Origin: Candidatus Spongiisociaceae bacterium
GTDB lineage: Bacteria > Actinomycetota > Acidimicrobiia > Spongiisociales > Spongiisociaceae
Assembly: GCA_965219685.1 (NCBI GenBank)
Contig: CBDCOH010000002.1
Location: 1,920,001 to 1,984,000, forward strand
Reading direction: 5' to 3'
Length of the DNA: 64,000 nt
The stretch's first letter is position 1, and each line of letters starts with the position of its first letter. The position numbers and the translations under genes were made by a program. The notes beneath the pieces were generated by a model. It was given only the letters and a program-made list of their open reading frames with translations, was not told the origin of the DNA and did not search any database. Below are positions 1 through 9,558 of the stretch, in pieces.

Positions 1-172
1 TCACCCCCGGCCTGGTTTCTCAGCTTGTATCTCTGACGGAAAACGATGGGGAGCCGTAGGAGGGTGGCCCAAACGGCGGTTAGCAACGGGCCGCCTCCCT
101 CTGACCAGGCATTATGTCACCGGTCGACGGCCCGTAGAGGGGTTTGCCGCGGGTACCGGCAGCGGTTGGCCG

Positions 173-451
173 GTCCGTGTCACACCCCCGTTGCACACTG
201 GTAGGCAGCTGCAAACACCACCGGTCCGGTTGCGGTACCGATCGGACCAGGGCGGGGATCATGTGGGAGCCGACCCTTGCGGGGGCTAGCAGGACGCGTT
301 CGTACACTGCGGAGGTGGCGGTTGGGGGTGGGCCCGACGGATGTATCCGCCCGGCCGGGGGCGTTTTTCGCGTTCTCGGGTCCCCGGGGGCTAGCTGGCG
401 CGATGGTCGGTACGTTCCGGGTATCGATTACGAATCCAGTAACCAGGACAC
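173..451 (+). repeat. ~280 bp dispersed non-coding repeat, copy 1 (copy 2 at 49914-50188, minus strand)
   Basis: Colinear exact blocks shared with the reverse complement of 49914-50188: GTCCGTGTCACA, CGGTACCGATCGGACC, AGCCGACCCTT, GGACGCGTTCGTA, GGTGGCGGTTGGGGGTGGGCCC, TTTTCGCGTTCTCG, CAGGACAC. Confidence 0.9.
178..199 (+). promoter_or_regulatory. RecA-NDp/PafBC-like promoter motif at the start of repeat copy 1
   Basis: TGTCAcac-8 nt-CACACT. Same geometry as tTGTCRgtg-N8-TAnnnT and as the motif upstream of the DUF222 gene; the -10 is imperfect. Confidence 0.4.
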
Positions 452-483
452 AGGGTCGCGGGCGCCGGGGCGGAGCCGGGGCG

Positions 484-1245
484 TCACAGTCCCCGGCCGC
501 CGTCCACGGAGATCAGTTCACCGGTAACCATCCGGGCGTCCTCCGACGCGGCCCAAGCTGCGACGGCGGCCACCTCGTCCGGCTGGACGAGACGACCCAT
601 GGGTATCGCCTCGGCGATCGCCGCACGGCTCCCCGCCGTGTTCACGCCGCCCATGAACTCCACCAGCATCGGCGTGTCCGACGCCGCAGGGCATAGAGCT
701 ACGACGCGGATGTTGCGCGGAGCCAACTCGAGGGCCAGGCTCCGGGTGAGGGTTGCCACCGCCCCCTTGCTGGCTGCGTAGGCCGCGTATCCCGGGCGGG
801 GCCGGATCGAGATGTTCGACGCGATGTTCACTATGACCGCCGCGTGCGACCGCGCCAGGTAAGGCAGCGCTGCCCTGGTCATCAGGAAGACCCCACGGAC
901 GTTGACAGCGAAGATGTGATCGAACTCGGCGTCGCCGGTCTCTTCGATGGGCTTGGGGCGCTGACCTACCCCGGCGCAGTTCACCAGCACATCGAGTCCG
1001 CCGAGACTATGCACCGCCGCCTCCACAGAACGCTCCGAATCGGCCGCGACGGCCAGATCGGCTCGGATCGGGACGGCATCGGATCCGGTGGCGTGTATCT
1101 CCTCGGCCACGGCAGTAATCCCCTCACCGTTCCGATCAACGAGAGCCACCGAGGCGCCTTCCAGGGCGTAACGCCGGCTGATAGCCGCGCCGATCCCAGA
1201 AGCCGCGCCGGTCACGACCACCCTTCTACCCTGCAGCAGAGCCAC
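484..1245 (-). CDS. SDR family NAD(P)-dependent oxidoreductase
   Basis: TGAASGIG Rossmann motif, NCAG, catalytic YAASK, C-terminal VDGG. Confidence 0.92.
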   Translation of the reverse strand: MALLQGRRVVVTGAASGIGAAISRRYALEGASVALVDRNGEGITAVAEEIHATGSDAVPIRADLAVAADSERSVEAAVHSLGGLDVLVNCAGVGQRPKPIEETGDAEFDHIFAVNVRGVFLMTRAALPYLARSHAAVIVNIASNISIRPRPGYAAYAASKGAVATLTRSLALELAPRNIRVVALCPAASDTPMLVEFMGGVNTAGSRAAIAEAIPMGRLVQPDEVAAVAAWAASEDARMVTGELISVDGGRGL

Positions 1246-1326
1246 CCGAGTCCTCCCGTTTCTTCCCGTGGACGCGCAACCTACCAGCTACGATTCACAT
1301 CGCGAGCAAGAGAAGGAGAGCGTCCC

Positions 1327-1989
1327 ATGGGCGAGCAAGTATCGAGCCGGGCTCAGTGGTTCTGGGATAACACAACCGAAGTATGGGAGGCGATCATGGA
1401 GCATCCCTTCCTCGTCGAGCTCGAAGCAGGAACGCTTCCGGACGAGGTTCTCCGCTTCTACTTCGAGCAGAATCTCCAATACGTCGACGCGGTCTACCGG
1501 TGCCGGCTGGTTGCGGCGGCCAAGGCCCCCGACAAGGAGACGTTCGACCTTCTCACCCGCGATTGGAATCTCGAGCCCAGCGACGAGCGGCAGGGAGACC
1601 TGCTCGTGAGTTTCGGAGGCGACCCTGACAACCTGCCGCCCATGGCGCCGGCTTGCAGGGGGTACACGTATCACATGTGGTACAACGCCCTCGACGGGCG
1701 CACGATCGACTGGCTGGCCAGCTTCGTCGCCTGTCCCTGGACGTACGACCTCATAGGCGAGCAGGTATCGGGGAACATCGGCGAGGAGCGCCGGGAGTCC
1801 TGGATGGAGTACTACGGCAGCAAGATCCACCACGACCTGATGGACGACTTCCGCGCCGCCGTTGATCGGCTGACCGTCGGCCTTGAGCAGGATGACCTCG
1901 ATGGGCTCCTCGAGAAGTGGCGCCTCGGCATGCGCTACGAGTGGATGTTCTGGGACGATGCCTATCACATGCGGGGTTGGCCGGTCTAA
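1327..1989 (+). CDS. tenA: TenA/thiaminase II family protein (Cys-type), paralogue 1
   Basis: HPFL..L.AGTL, FYFEQN..Y, ACPWTY (active-site Cys), YEWMFWD. ATG at 1327 after GAAGGAGAG; the ORF-track start at 844 overlaps the SDR. Confidence 0.82.
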   Translation: MGEQVSSRAQWFWDNTTEVWEAIMEHPFLVELEAGTLPDEVLRFYFEQNLQYVDAVYRCRLVAAAKAPDKETFDLLTRDWNLEPSDERQGDLLVSFGGDPDNLPPMAPACRGYTYHMWYNALDGRTIDWLASFVACPWTYDLIGEQVSGNIGEERRESWMEYYGSKIHHDLMDDFRAAVDRLTVGLEQDDLDGLLEKWRLGMRYEWMFWDDAYHMRGWPV

Positions 1990-2120
1990 TCCATCTAGTG
2001 GCGCTCTCGCGTGACGCGCCTGAGAGCCGATGGGTATGATCCAACAACACGGAAGGTTTCGGCGACCCTGTTCGAACGGCTGAGGCCTGAGCTTCGAATC
2101 GCCCCTAAGAGGGAGGCACA

Positions 2121-3989
2121 ATGACGCGCAAGCGGTTCTATTACCCATTCATACTGATGGTGGTTCTTGCAATCGGGGCTGCCGCGTGCGGTGACGACGA
2201 GCCGGCGACCACGGCCGCACCCGCCACCACGGCCGCACCCACCACCACGGCCGCACCCACCACCACAGCGGCGGATACGACCGCTGAGACCGGCGACACA
2301 GAAACCCCGACGACGGCAGAGGCTACGACCACTACACCACCTACCACCCAGCCGCCTCAGATCGACGAGGGTGATGTGATGCGGGCTCCGGACCGCGTGC
2401 AGGACGCCGAGACGGTGGTGATCGCCTGGACCGGGTACCCCAACAGTCTGGATCCACCCGATAGCCTCCTCAACTTCAACCGCGAGGCTGGCGTCGGCCT
2501 TTACGACCGGCTCCTCACCTACTCGCTCACCGAGCGCGAGGACGGCACGTACGTATGGGACGGCCTCGGCGTGGCACCGGGCCTCGCCGAGAGCTGGGAG
2601 ATCGACGGAGGATCGGTGACGTTCACGATCCGCCAAGGCGTGACGTTCAACAAGACCGGTAACCCCCTGACTGCCCACGACATCTGGTACTCGTTCGTGC
2701 GAGCGATCGAGGTTCCGGGCTTCGGAACGTTCAACTCCAACCTGGCCGGTATCTTCGAGCCTTCTCGCCAGATCACTGTCATAGATGACTACACCATCCG
2801 TTTCGACTACGAGTTGGCCGACGGGACTCCGTTCCTTCTCAAGGCTTCGTTGCCGAGCATGAGGTTCCCGATCTTCGGGATCGTGGACTCGGTCGAGTTA
2901 CAGGCCCGCGCCACGGACGAGGATCCCTGGGGTCACGAGTGGGTCAAGGAGAACCCGGAGGGGTCGGGCCCGTACGTGATCGAGTCGGCGACACCCGGCA
3001 CCGAAATGATCCTGCGCCGTGTCCCAGGCCATTGGACCGAAGGGGACCAGAACCAACTCGGCGAGGCCTACAACGGTTTCGACCGGGTGATCTACCGGAC
3101 GCTCAGCAGCCCGGCGGACATCACGGCACTCATGCTCGGGGGGGAGGTGGACGTGGCCTTCGCTCTGGGTACCAGGGAGCTCAATGCCCTCGGTGAAGCT
3201 GGCTTCACCATCGTCAACGCCGAGATCCCCGATATCTGGCGCATCGACCTCCCGCTGACCACACCGCCGTTCGACAACCTGGCAGTGCGCCAAGCGATCG
3301 CACACGCGGTGCCCTACGACACGATCGTGGAGAACGCGTTCACCAACGCGACCCGCTCCTATTCGATCGTCAATCCGGCATCGCCCTCGTTCGTTCCGGC
3401 GTGGGACTACGACACCGACCTTGACAAGGCCCGCGAGTTGCTGGCGGAGGCCGGTTACCCGGACGGGTTCTCCACCGAGATGTTCTACACCCAAGAGCGG
3501 CAGGAGTGGGAGGACATCGCCCTGTTCCTCCAGGCCAGCCTCTCGCAGGTGGGGATCGACGTCGCTCTCCGGCCACTACCGGCGACTGAGTACCAGGAGC
3601 AGACAACGGCTCGGTACGACGACGACACGTTGATGCCCGGCATCCAGTTGCGCAGCGGGTTGATCTGGCTGGACGACGCCGATCCGAATGTCGGTCTTTG
3701 GCTGGTAACGCGTGGGTTCCCGGGGCCGGTCGGTGTGGGCGGATTCTCGAACGCCAGCCACTACTCGAATATCGAAGTCGACAAGTTGCACTTCGAGAAC
3801 CGGTTCAACCCGGACTTCGAAGCGCGGACCGAGGCCTACCGTGAAGCCCAGAGGATCGCGGCTCGCGACCTCCCGATGATCATGCTTGCCGTGCGCGGAT
3901 TCCCCGGCGCAGTGCATCCGGAGATCACCGGTGTGGCGTTCACTGCCGACCCGCATCTGCGCCAGTACCTGTTGAGGCCGGCTGGGTGA
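2121..3989 (+). CDS. ABC transporter substrate-binding lipoprotein, family 5 (Dpp/Opp-like)
   Basis: RBS GGAGG, lipobox AAAC, Thr/Ala/Pro linker, PGLAESWE, GSGPY, VRQAIAHA; heads an ABC operon. Confidence 0.92.
   Translation: MTRKRFYYPFILMVVLAIGAAACGDDEPATTAAPATTAAPTTTAAPTTTAADTTAETGDTETPTTAEATTTTPPTTQPPQIDEGDVMRAPDRVQDAETVVIAWTGYPNSLDPPDSLLNFNREAGVGLYDRLLTYSLTEREDGTYVWDGLGVAPGLAESWEIDGGSVTFTIRQGVTFNKTGNPLTAHDIWYSFVRAIEVPGFGTFNSNLAGIFEPSRQITVIDDYTIRFDYELADGTPFLLKASLPSMRFPIFGIVDSVELQARATDEDPWGHEWVKENPEGSGPYVIESATPGTEMILRRVPGHWTEGDQNQLGEAYNGFDRVIYRTLSSPADITALMLGGEVDVAFALGTRELNALGEAGFTIVNAEIPDIWRIDLPLTTPPFDNLAVRQAIAHAVPYDTIVENAFTNATRSYSIVNPASPSFVPAWDYDTDLDKARELLAEAGYPDGFSTEMFYTQERQEWEDIALFLQASLSQVGIDVALRPLPATEYQEQTTARYDDDTLMPGIQLRSGLIWLDDADPNVGLWLVTRGFPGPVGVGGFSNASHYSNIEVDKLHFENRFNPDFEARTEAYREAQRIAARDLPMIMLAVRGFPGAVHPEITGVAFTADPHLRQYLLRPAG
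2208..2270 (+). repeat. Intragenic 18-bp tandem repeat encoding a TTAAP(A/T) linker
   Basis: ACCACGGCCGCACCC(G/A)CC x3 plus a partial fourth unit. Confidence 0.9.
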
Positions 3990-4009
3990 TCCGAGCGGCT
4001 CTCCGGTCA

Positions 4010-4048
4010 TGTGACCGCGGCGCGTTGACCCATCACGCCGCGGTCACA
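4010..4048 (+). terminator. Intercistronic hairpin after the SBP gene (stabiliser or partial terminator)
   Basis: TGTGACCGCGGCG ... CGCCGCGGTCACA, 13-bp perfect inverted repeat, no U-tract. Confidence 0.6.
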
Positions 4049-4093
4049 ACCTTCAGGCTCTGGCCGGGCGATCCGTTGTAGGACTGATCGGGG

Positions 4094-5110
4094 ATGGACT
4101 CCGGGCTCTCCCGCCAACTGTTCACCCGGCTCCTGCTGGTAGCGCCGGTAGTCTTCGGCGTCGTGACCCTCACCTTCCTGGTGGCGAGGGTGTTCGCGCC
4201 CGATCCGGTAGCGCTGTACATTCCGCCGCAGGCAGACGAGGAACTCCGTCACAAGATCAGAGTCGAGTTGGGCTTGGACAAGTCGATCCCTGAGCAGTAC
4301 GGGGTCTTCCTGGCCGACCTGGCCCAAGGCGACCTAGGTGAATCGACCATCACCGGCCGGCCCGTCACGAGCGACCTGTGGGACCGGCTCCCCGCGACCG
4401 TGGAGCTTGCCCTGGTGTCCCTCACCTTTGCCATCGTGATCGGAGTCCCTTTGGGCGTGCTGGCAGGGGCGAGGCGCGACGGTCCTTTGGACTTCTCGGT
4501 GCGCGGCATCACCCTCATCGGGATGGCGCTTCCGTCGTTCTGGCTCGGTCTGGTGCTCATCCTGATCTTCTTCGTCATCCTCGGCTGGCTGCCCGGGCCT
4601 GTAGGCCGGCTGCCCCTCGGTGCGGAAGCGCCCGAGAAGATCACCGGGCTGTATACGCTCGACAGCCTCTTTCGGGGGGACTTGACGCTCTGGTGGGAGT
4701 CGGTACGCCATCTCATACTCCCCGGCTTGACGCTTGGCGTGGTCATCGTGGCCCCCATCACAAGGGTGGCTCGCGCCTCGATGGTGGATGTGATGCGCTC
4801 CGAGTACATCCGTACGCCCAAGGCGTTGGGCATCCGCAAGCAGGTCATCTACTTCCGTTACGCCCTGAAGAACGCCCTGCTTCCGATCGTCACCATGATC
4901 GGAACGATCGTAGGTTTCGTCTTCACCGGCGCCGTGCTGGTGGAAGCGGTCTTCAACTGGCCCGGAATGGGCAAGTATGGGCTCGATGCCATCCTCAAGT
5001 CGGACTTCACCGCCCTCCAGGGCTTCGTCGTGGTGGCATCGGTCACTTACATCGTGGCGTTCTTCCTGGTCGACATCGTTTACATGCTGATCGACCCGAG
5101 GACGAGATGA
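4094..5110 (+). CDS. Dpp/Opp ABC permease (DppB-like)
   Basis: GLDKS..QY, GDLG.S, RLPATVEL, EAA-like loop YIRTPKALG, VFNWPGMG. Confidence 0.93.
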   Translation: MDSGLSRQLFTRLLLVAPVVFGVVTLTFLVARVFAPDPVALYIPPQADEELRHKIRVELGLDKSIPEQYGVFLADLAQGDLGESTITGRPVTSDLWDRLPATVELALVSLTFAIVIGVPLGVLAGARRDGPLDFSVRGITLIGMALPSFWLGLVLILIFFVILGWLPGPVGRLPLGAEAPEKITGLYTLDSLFRGDLTLWWESVRHLILPGLTLGVVIVAPITRVARASMVDVMRSEYIRTPKALGIRKQVIYFRYALKNALLPIVTMIGTIVGFVFTGAVLVEAVFNWPGMGKYGLDAILKSDFTALQGFVVVASVTYIVAFFLVDIVYMLIDPRTR

Positions 5111-5120
5111 GGAGGAAGTC

Positions 5121-6026
5121 GTGATCGATATGACAGCCGACCGAGCTCCGGAAGGCGGCTCGCTCGACGTCATCGCTCCGGGACGCACCAGGTGGGGGAA
5201 GATCAGGTACGTGTTCGGCCAGAGCAAGAGCCTGACGGCCGGAACCATCCTTGTGGGAATCTTCATCCTGATTGCGCTTTTCGCCAAGTTCATCACCACC
5301 CACGATCCCAGCGCGGTACTGGTGGGGCCGCCGCTCACGGGGGTCAGCGCCGAGCACTGGTTCGGAACCGACAAGGTGGGCTCGGACGTGTTCTCCAAGA
5401 CGATCGCGGCCACCGCTCTCGATCTGCGGATCACCGCTTCGGCGGTGCTGGCGGCTCTCGTGGCCGGGGTCGTGCTCGGCACGGTCGCCGGCTATTACGC
5501 AGGGGTGGTGGACCTCATCCTGCTCCGGCTCCTGGAAATCCTCCAGTCCATTCCCACGCTGCTGCTGGCGATGATGGTGGTGGTGGCCATCGGGCCCGGG
5601 GAACTCAACGTGGTGGTGGTGATGGCTTTCATCGGGATGCCGTACTACGCGCGCCTCGTGCGCGCCGAGATCCTCACCAAGCGCACGTGGGAGTTCGCCG
5701 AGGCCGCCCGTATGGTCGGCGGATCGGCGATCCGGGTCGCCTTCCGGCATCTGCTGCCCAACAGCCTCTCGCCCGTACTCGCGTACGCCTCGGTCAATGC
5801 AGCGTGGGTGGTTCTGGTGACCGCCGCCCTGGGCTTCCTGGGTATCGGCATCGAACCGGGCACCGCCGAGTGGGGCTCGATGATCGCTCGCGGCCAGACG
5901 GAGATCATCACCGGCGAGTGGTGGGTCTCGGTGTTTCCCGGGCTGTTCGTCCTCATCCTCACCACCGGGTTCTACCTGCTCGGCGACGGCGTCCGGGACG
6001 TGATGGACCCGAGGTCCCGCAAGTGA
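5121..6026 (+). CDS. Dpp/Opp ABC permease (DppC-like)
   Basis: HWFGTD..G.D, FAEAARMVG, HLLPN, LGFLG, EWGSMI, LGDGVRD. Confidence 0.93.
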   Translation: MIDMTADRAPEGGSLDVIAPGRTRWGKIRYVFGQSKSLTAGTILVGIFILIALFAKFITTHDPSAVLVGPPLTGVSAEHWFGTDKVGSDVFSKTIAATALDLRITASAVLAALVAGVVLGTVAGYYAGVVDLILLRLLEILQSIPTLLLAMMVVVAIGPGELNVVVVMAFIGMPYYARLVRAEILTKRTWEFAEAARMVGGSAIRVAFRHLLPNSLSPVLAYASVNAAWVVLVTAALGFLGIGIEPGTAEWGSMIARGQTEIITGEWWVSVFPGLFVLILTTGFYLLGDGVRDVMDPRSRK

Positions 6027-6042
6027 GAGGTCGAGAGCGCTG

Positions 6043-7071
6043 ATGGCCGCCAACCTCGTGGAGATACAGAACCTCGAAGGCTTCTTCGAGACCATCGGCG
6101 GCGACGTCCGCGCCCTGAACGGAGTCAACGTGGCGATCGAGGAGGGAAAGGTCACTGGTCTGGTGGGCGAGACCGGCTCGGGGAAGACCATGACCGCCCT
6201 CAACGTCCCCCGCCTGATGCCGGAGAACTTCCGCTACGTGTCCGGCCGGGTCATGTTCCGGGGCGAGGACGTCCTCACCTGGCCGGAGGAGAGGATGGAA
6301 CTCTTCCGCGGTGACGGCGTGGGTATCGCCTTCCAGGATCCCAAGGCCGCCCTCAACCCGGTGTTCACGGTCGGTGAGCAACTCGGCCGGGCGCTGCGAA
6401 CCCACACGGAGGCCACCAAGACCGAGGCCAGGCGGGCGGCGCTCGGGATCCTGGCACGGGTCAGGATCGCGGACCCGGGGCGCACCATCCGCCAGTACGC
6501 CCATGAACTGAGCGGCGGCATGGCGCAGCGGGTCATGGTCGCGCTGGCCGTCATCCACCCCCCCAAGCTCCTGATCCTGGACGAGCCGACCACCGGCCTC
6601 GACGTGACCGTGCAGGCCGAGATCATCTCCATGCTGAGAGACCTGGTGGAGGATATGGGCCTCACGGTGCTGCTCATCACCCACGACCTCGGGGTGGTGG
6701 GCGAGCTGAGTGACAACGTTGCGGTCATGTACGCCGGCCGGACGATGGAGTTCGGTGACATCAGCCAGATCTTCGAGCGACCCGCCAACCCCTACACGAG
6801 GGAACTCCTGCGGTCGACGGAGAGCGTCGAGGGCGGAGTGGGCGACCTGTACAGCATCCCCGGCGCTCCTCCCGACCTCCGGAACCTGCCTGACGGGTGC
6901 TTCTTCCAGGATCGGTGCCCGTCGGCGGAGGACATCTGCCGGACCGTTCCTCCGGTGGTCGAGGTCGAGCCGGGCCATATATCGATGTGCCACTTCGCCG
7001 AGCGCTACCACGCCATGCCGGGGCCGCTCCACATCACGCAGGACGGCACGGGTACCGGAGGTCACGGGTGA
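6043..7071 (+). CDS. Dpp/Opp ABC ATP-binding protein (DppD-like)
   Basis: GETGSGKT Walker A, LSGGM, DEPTT, Cys-containing oligopeptide C-terminal domain. Confidence 0.95.
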   Translation: MAANLVEIQNLEGFFETIGGDVRALNGVNVAIEEGKVTGLVGETGSGKTMTALNVPRLMPENFRYVSGRVMFRGEDVLTWPEERMELFRGDGVGIAFQDPKAALNPVFTVGEQLGRALRTHTEATKTEARRAALGILARVRIADPGRTIRQYAHELSGGMAQRVMVALAVIHPPKLLILDEPTTGLDVTVQAEIISMLRDLVEDMGLTVLLITHDLGVVGELSDNVAVMYAGRTMEFGDISQIFERPANPYTRELLRSTESVEGGVGDLYSIPGAPPDLRNLPDGCFFQDRCPSAEDICRTVPPVVEVEPGHISMCHFAERYHAMPGPLHITQDGTGTGGHG

Positions 7072-7898
7072 CACCCGACCCCGGCGACTCCCTCTTGGCG
7101 GTGCGTGGTCTCACCAAGCACTTCCACCGGGGCGTCTGGCCGCGCCGCCAGACGATCGTCGCCGTCGACAACATCGACCTCCACGTGGCAAGGGGCGAGA
7201 GCGTCGGGCTCGTCGGCGAGAGCGGATCCGGCAAGACGACCACGGCTCGCACGATCCTGCGGCTCGTCGACCCGACGGCCGGTGAGATCAGCTTCGATGG
7301 AATACGCGTCGACCAGACCCCCCGCGCCAAGGTTCGCCGCCTCTACAGGAACATGCAGATGGTGTTCCAGGACCCGAACTCCTCCCTCAACCCGCGGATG
7401 ACAGTGCGGGAGATCGTCACCGAGCCCCTGAAGCTCCACCTCGAGATGTCGAACCATGAGCAGGAGGAGCGAGCGAACGAGATCATGACCATGGTGGGCA
7501 TGCGGGGATTCCACCTAGATCGTTATCCCGGCCAGTTGAGCGGAGGCCAGCGCCAACGGGTAGGAGTCGGTCGGGCCATAGCCACGCATCCCAAGCTGGT
7601 CTTTCTCGATGAACCTACCTCCTCGCTGGACGTGTCGGTCCGGGGCCAGGTGATGCAACTTCTCGTCGACCTGCAGCGGAAGCTGAACATGTCCTACGTG
7701 CTCATCAGCCACGACCTGGGCGTGGTACGGCAGCTCAGCCGGCGCGTACTGGTGATGTTCGAGGGCAAGATCGTCGAGGAAGGCCCCACCCGGCAGGTGT
7801 TCGAGAACCCCAGGGACGACTACACCAAGAGACTGCTGGCGGCCATCCCCTCCATGGACGGCTACCGCCGCCGGAGACGGCAAGGAGGGGCCCGATGA
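7068..7898 (+). CDS. Dpp/Opp ABC ATP-binding protein (DppF-like)
   Basis: GESGSGKT, LSGGQRQR, DEPT; GTG start overlapping the upstream stop (GTGA). Confidence 0.93.
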   Translation: MTPDPGDSLLAVRGLTKHFHRGVWPRRQTIVAVDNIDLHVARGESVGLVGESGSGKTTTARTILRLVDPTAGEISFDGIRVDQTPRAKVRRLYRNMQMVFQDPNSSLNPRMTVREIVTEPLKLHLEMSNHEQEERANEIMTMVGMRGFHLDRYPGQLSGGQRQRVGVGRAIATHPKLVFLDEPTSSLDVSVRGQVMQLLVDLQRKLNMSYVLISHDLGVVRQLSRRVLVMFEGKIVEEGPTRQVFENPRDDYTKRLLAAIPSMDGYRRRRRQGGAR

Positions 7899-8860
7899 GC
7901 CGTGTCGTGGACGCCCACATCCACATCTTCCGGGACCCCTCCTGGAGCCCCGAGTCCCAGAAGGCGATGCCGATCTCCTGGGTGAACCAGGTCCGGTGGT
8001 TCGACATGGACCCCGAGGACGCCGAGCGCCGCTACCGGGAGTCGGTGGACGCCTGCTGGGATCCCGACGGATCCAAGACCATCGCCCGGATGGACGAGGC
8101 GGGCGTGGATGTCTCGGTGACCATGCCGATGGACAGGGGGCTCCTCACGGGCGACGAGGGCGTGGTGCCCTACGAGGAGAAGAACGAGGGCTACTACGAG
8201 CTCACAAGGATGTGGCCGGGACGTATCTACTCCTTCTGCGGGGTCGATCCGCGCCGGCCCCAGGCCGCCAAGTTCCTCGAGAAGGCGATCGCCGACTGGG
8301 GGTTCCTTGGACTGAAGCTCTACCCCACCGCCGGCTTCTACCCGGACGACGAGATCGTCCACCCGCTCTACGAGGTGTGCCGTGAGTACGACGTCCCGGT
8401 CCTGCTGCACCAGGGCCACTCGGGGGGTCGCCTCAAGAGCAAGTACGGCCACCCCATGTACGTGGACTCGGCGGCCGCGGACTTCCCCGAGGTGAGGTTC
8501 ATCCTTGGTCATGGAGCCAGGTTCGAGACGTGGGCGAAGGAGGCCATGAGCGTGGCCATCTACAAGACGAACGTCCACCTCGAGATCAGCCTCTGGCAGC
8601 ACTGGGCCAGCGTCGACGACCTGGTGAGGACCTTCGTCTGGATCCGTGATCGCATCGGCATCGACCGGTTGCTGTTCGGGAGCGACATGACCAACGTCGA
8701 GGTGTCCATGAGCCTCAAGGAGTGGGCAGACGTGATCCGGATGCTGCCCGAGTGGGCCAAGCAACTCGGGTTCCGCCTCAGCCGCGAAGAGATCGCCCTG
8801 GTTCTCGGAGGCAACGCGGAACGCGTGTACCGGATCCCGCCCGTTGAGCAAGACGCTTAG
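7895..8860 (+). CDS. Amidohydrolase family protein (amidohydro_2 type TIM barrel)
   Basis: DAHIH, GLKLYP, LLHQGH, ILGH, LLFGSD; ATGA coupling to the upstream gene. Confidence 0.88.
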   Translation: MSRVVDAHIHIFRDPSWSPESQKAMPISWVNQVRWFDMDPEDAERRYRESVDACWDPDGSKTIARMDEAGVDVSVTMPMDRGLLTGDEGVVPYEEKNEGYYELTRMWPGRIYSFCGVDPRRPQAAKFLEKAIADWGFLGLKLYPTAGFYPDDEIVHPLYEVCREYDVPVLLHQGHSGGRLKSKYGHPMYVDSAAADFPEVRFILGHGARFETWAKEAMSVAIYKTNVHLEISLWQHWASVDDLVRTFVWIRDRIGIDRLLFGSDMTNVEVSMSLKEWADVIRMLPEWAKQLGFRLSREEIALVLGGNAERVYRIPPVEQDA

Positions 8861-8897
8861 TGCGCATGCGATCATTCGAAGCGATCAAGGAGACCCG

Positions 8898-9545
8898 ATG
8901 AGTTGGACGCAGCACATGTACGAGCAGGCCAAGGACATGTGGGAGCGGATCTACGAACACCCCTTCCTGCAAGATCTCGCGGCCGGAACCCTGTCCGACG
9001 AGCGCTTGGCCTTCTACTTCGAACAGAACACCCACTACATCAACAACGTGGTCAAGTGCCGGTCCATCGCCACTGCCAAGGCCCACAACAACGAGATACG
9101 GGACTTCTTCCTGAGCCGCACCGCGATGGTGGTGGACGAGATGCACCACCAGGAGGACATGCTGCGGCGGGTCGGCGGCCAGCCCGGTGCCCGCATCGCC
9201 CCCACCTGCCATGCCTACACCCGCCACATCCTCAACCTGGTGTGGACCAAGGACCCGGTCGAGTATCTCGGGTCGTTCATGCCGTGCCCGTGGACCTACG
9301 ACGAGATCGGCATCCAACTCCGCAGCGCCGACCTTCAGGGCGCCTCCGCCGAGTGGTGGGAGTTCTACATGAGCGAGGAGCACAACGAACTGGTGGCGAA
9401 CTACCGGGTGTTCGTGGACAAGTACTCCGAGGGACTGTCGGACGAGCGGCGTCAGCAGATGCTGGACAACTTCATCATCAGCACCAACTACGAGTACCGG
9501 TTCTGGGACATGGCCTACAACCGGGAACAATGGCCCCTCGGCTAG
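8898..9545 (+). CDS. tenA: TenA/thiaminase II family protein (Cys-type), paralogue 2
   Basis: HPFLQDLAAGTL, FYFEQNTHY, MPCPWTY, YEYRFWDMAY; RBS AAGGAG. Confidence 0.85.
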   Translation: MSWTQHMYEQAKDMWERIYEHPFLQDLAAGTLSDERLAFYFEQNTHYINNVVKCRSIATAKAHNNEIRDFFLSRTAMVVDEMHHQEDMLRRVGGQPGARIAPTCHAYTRHILNLVWTKDPVEYLGSFMPCPWTYDEIGIQLRSADLQGASAEWWEFYMSEEHNELVANYRVFVDKYSEGLSDERRQQMLDNFIISTNYEYRFWDMAYNREQWPLG

Positions 9546-9558
9546 ATGGGCTGAGCCC

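Noticed and set aside
144-527. ORFs 144..527 and 49750..50190 as a small protein family (shared SCKHHR, GTDRT)
   Set aside because: Similarity switches frame between copies, so the conservation is at the nucleotide level
1990-2120. Possible TPP riboswitch near tenA (CTGAGA at ~2020)
   Set aside because: Lacks the downstream ACCC/ACCTGA...GTAGGGA elements; TATGAT suggests a plain promoter
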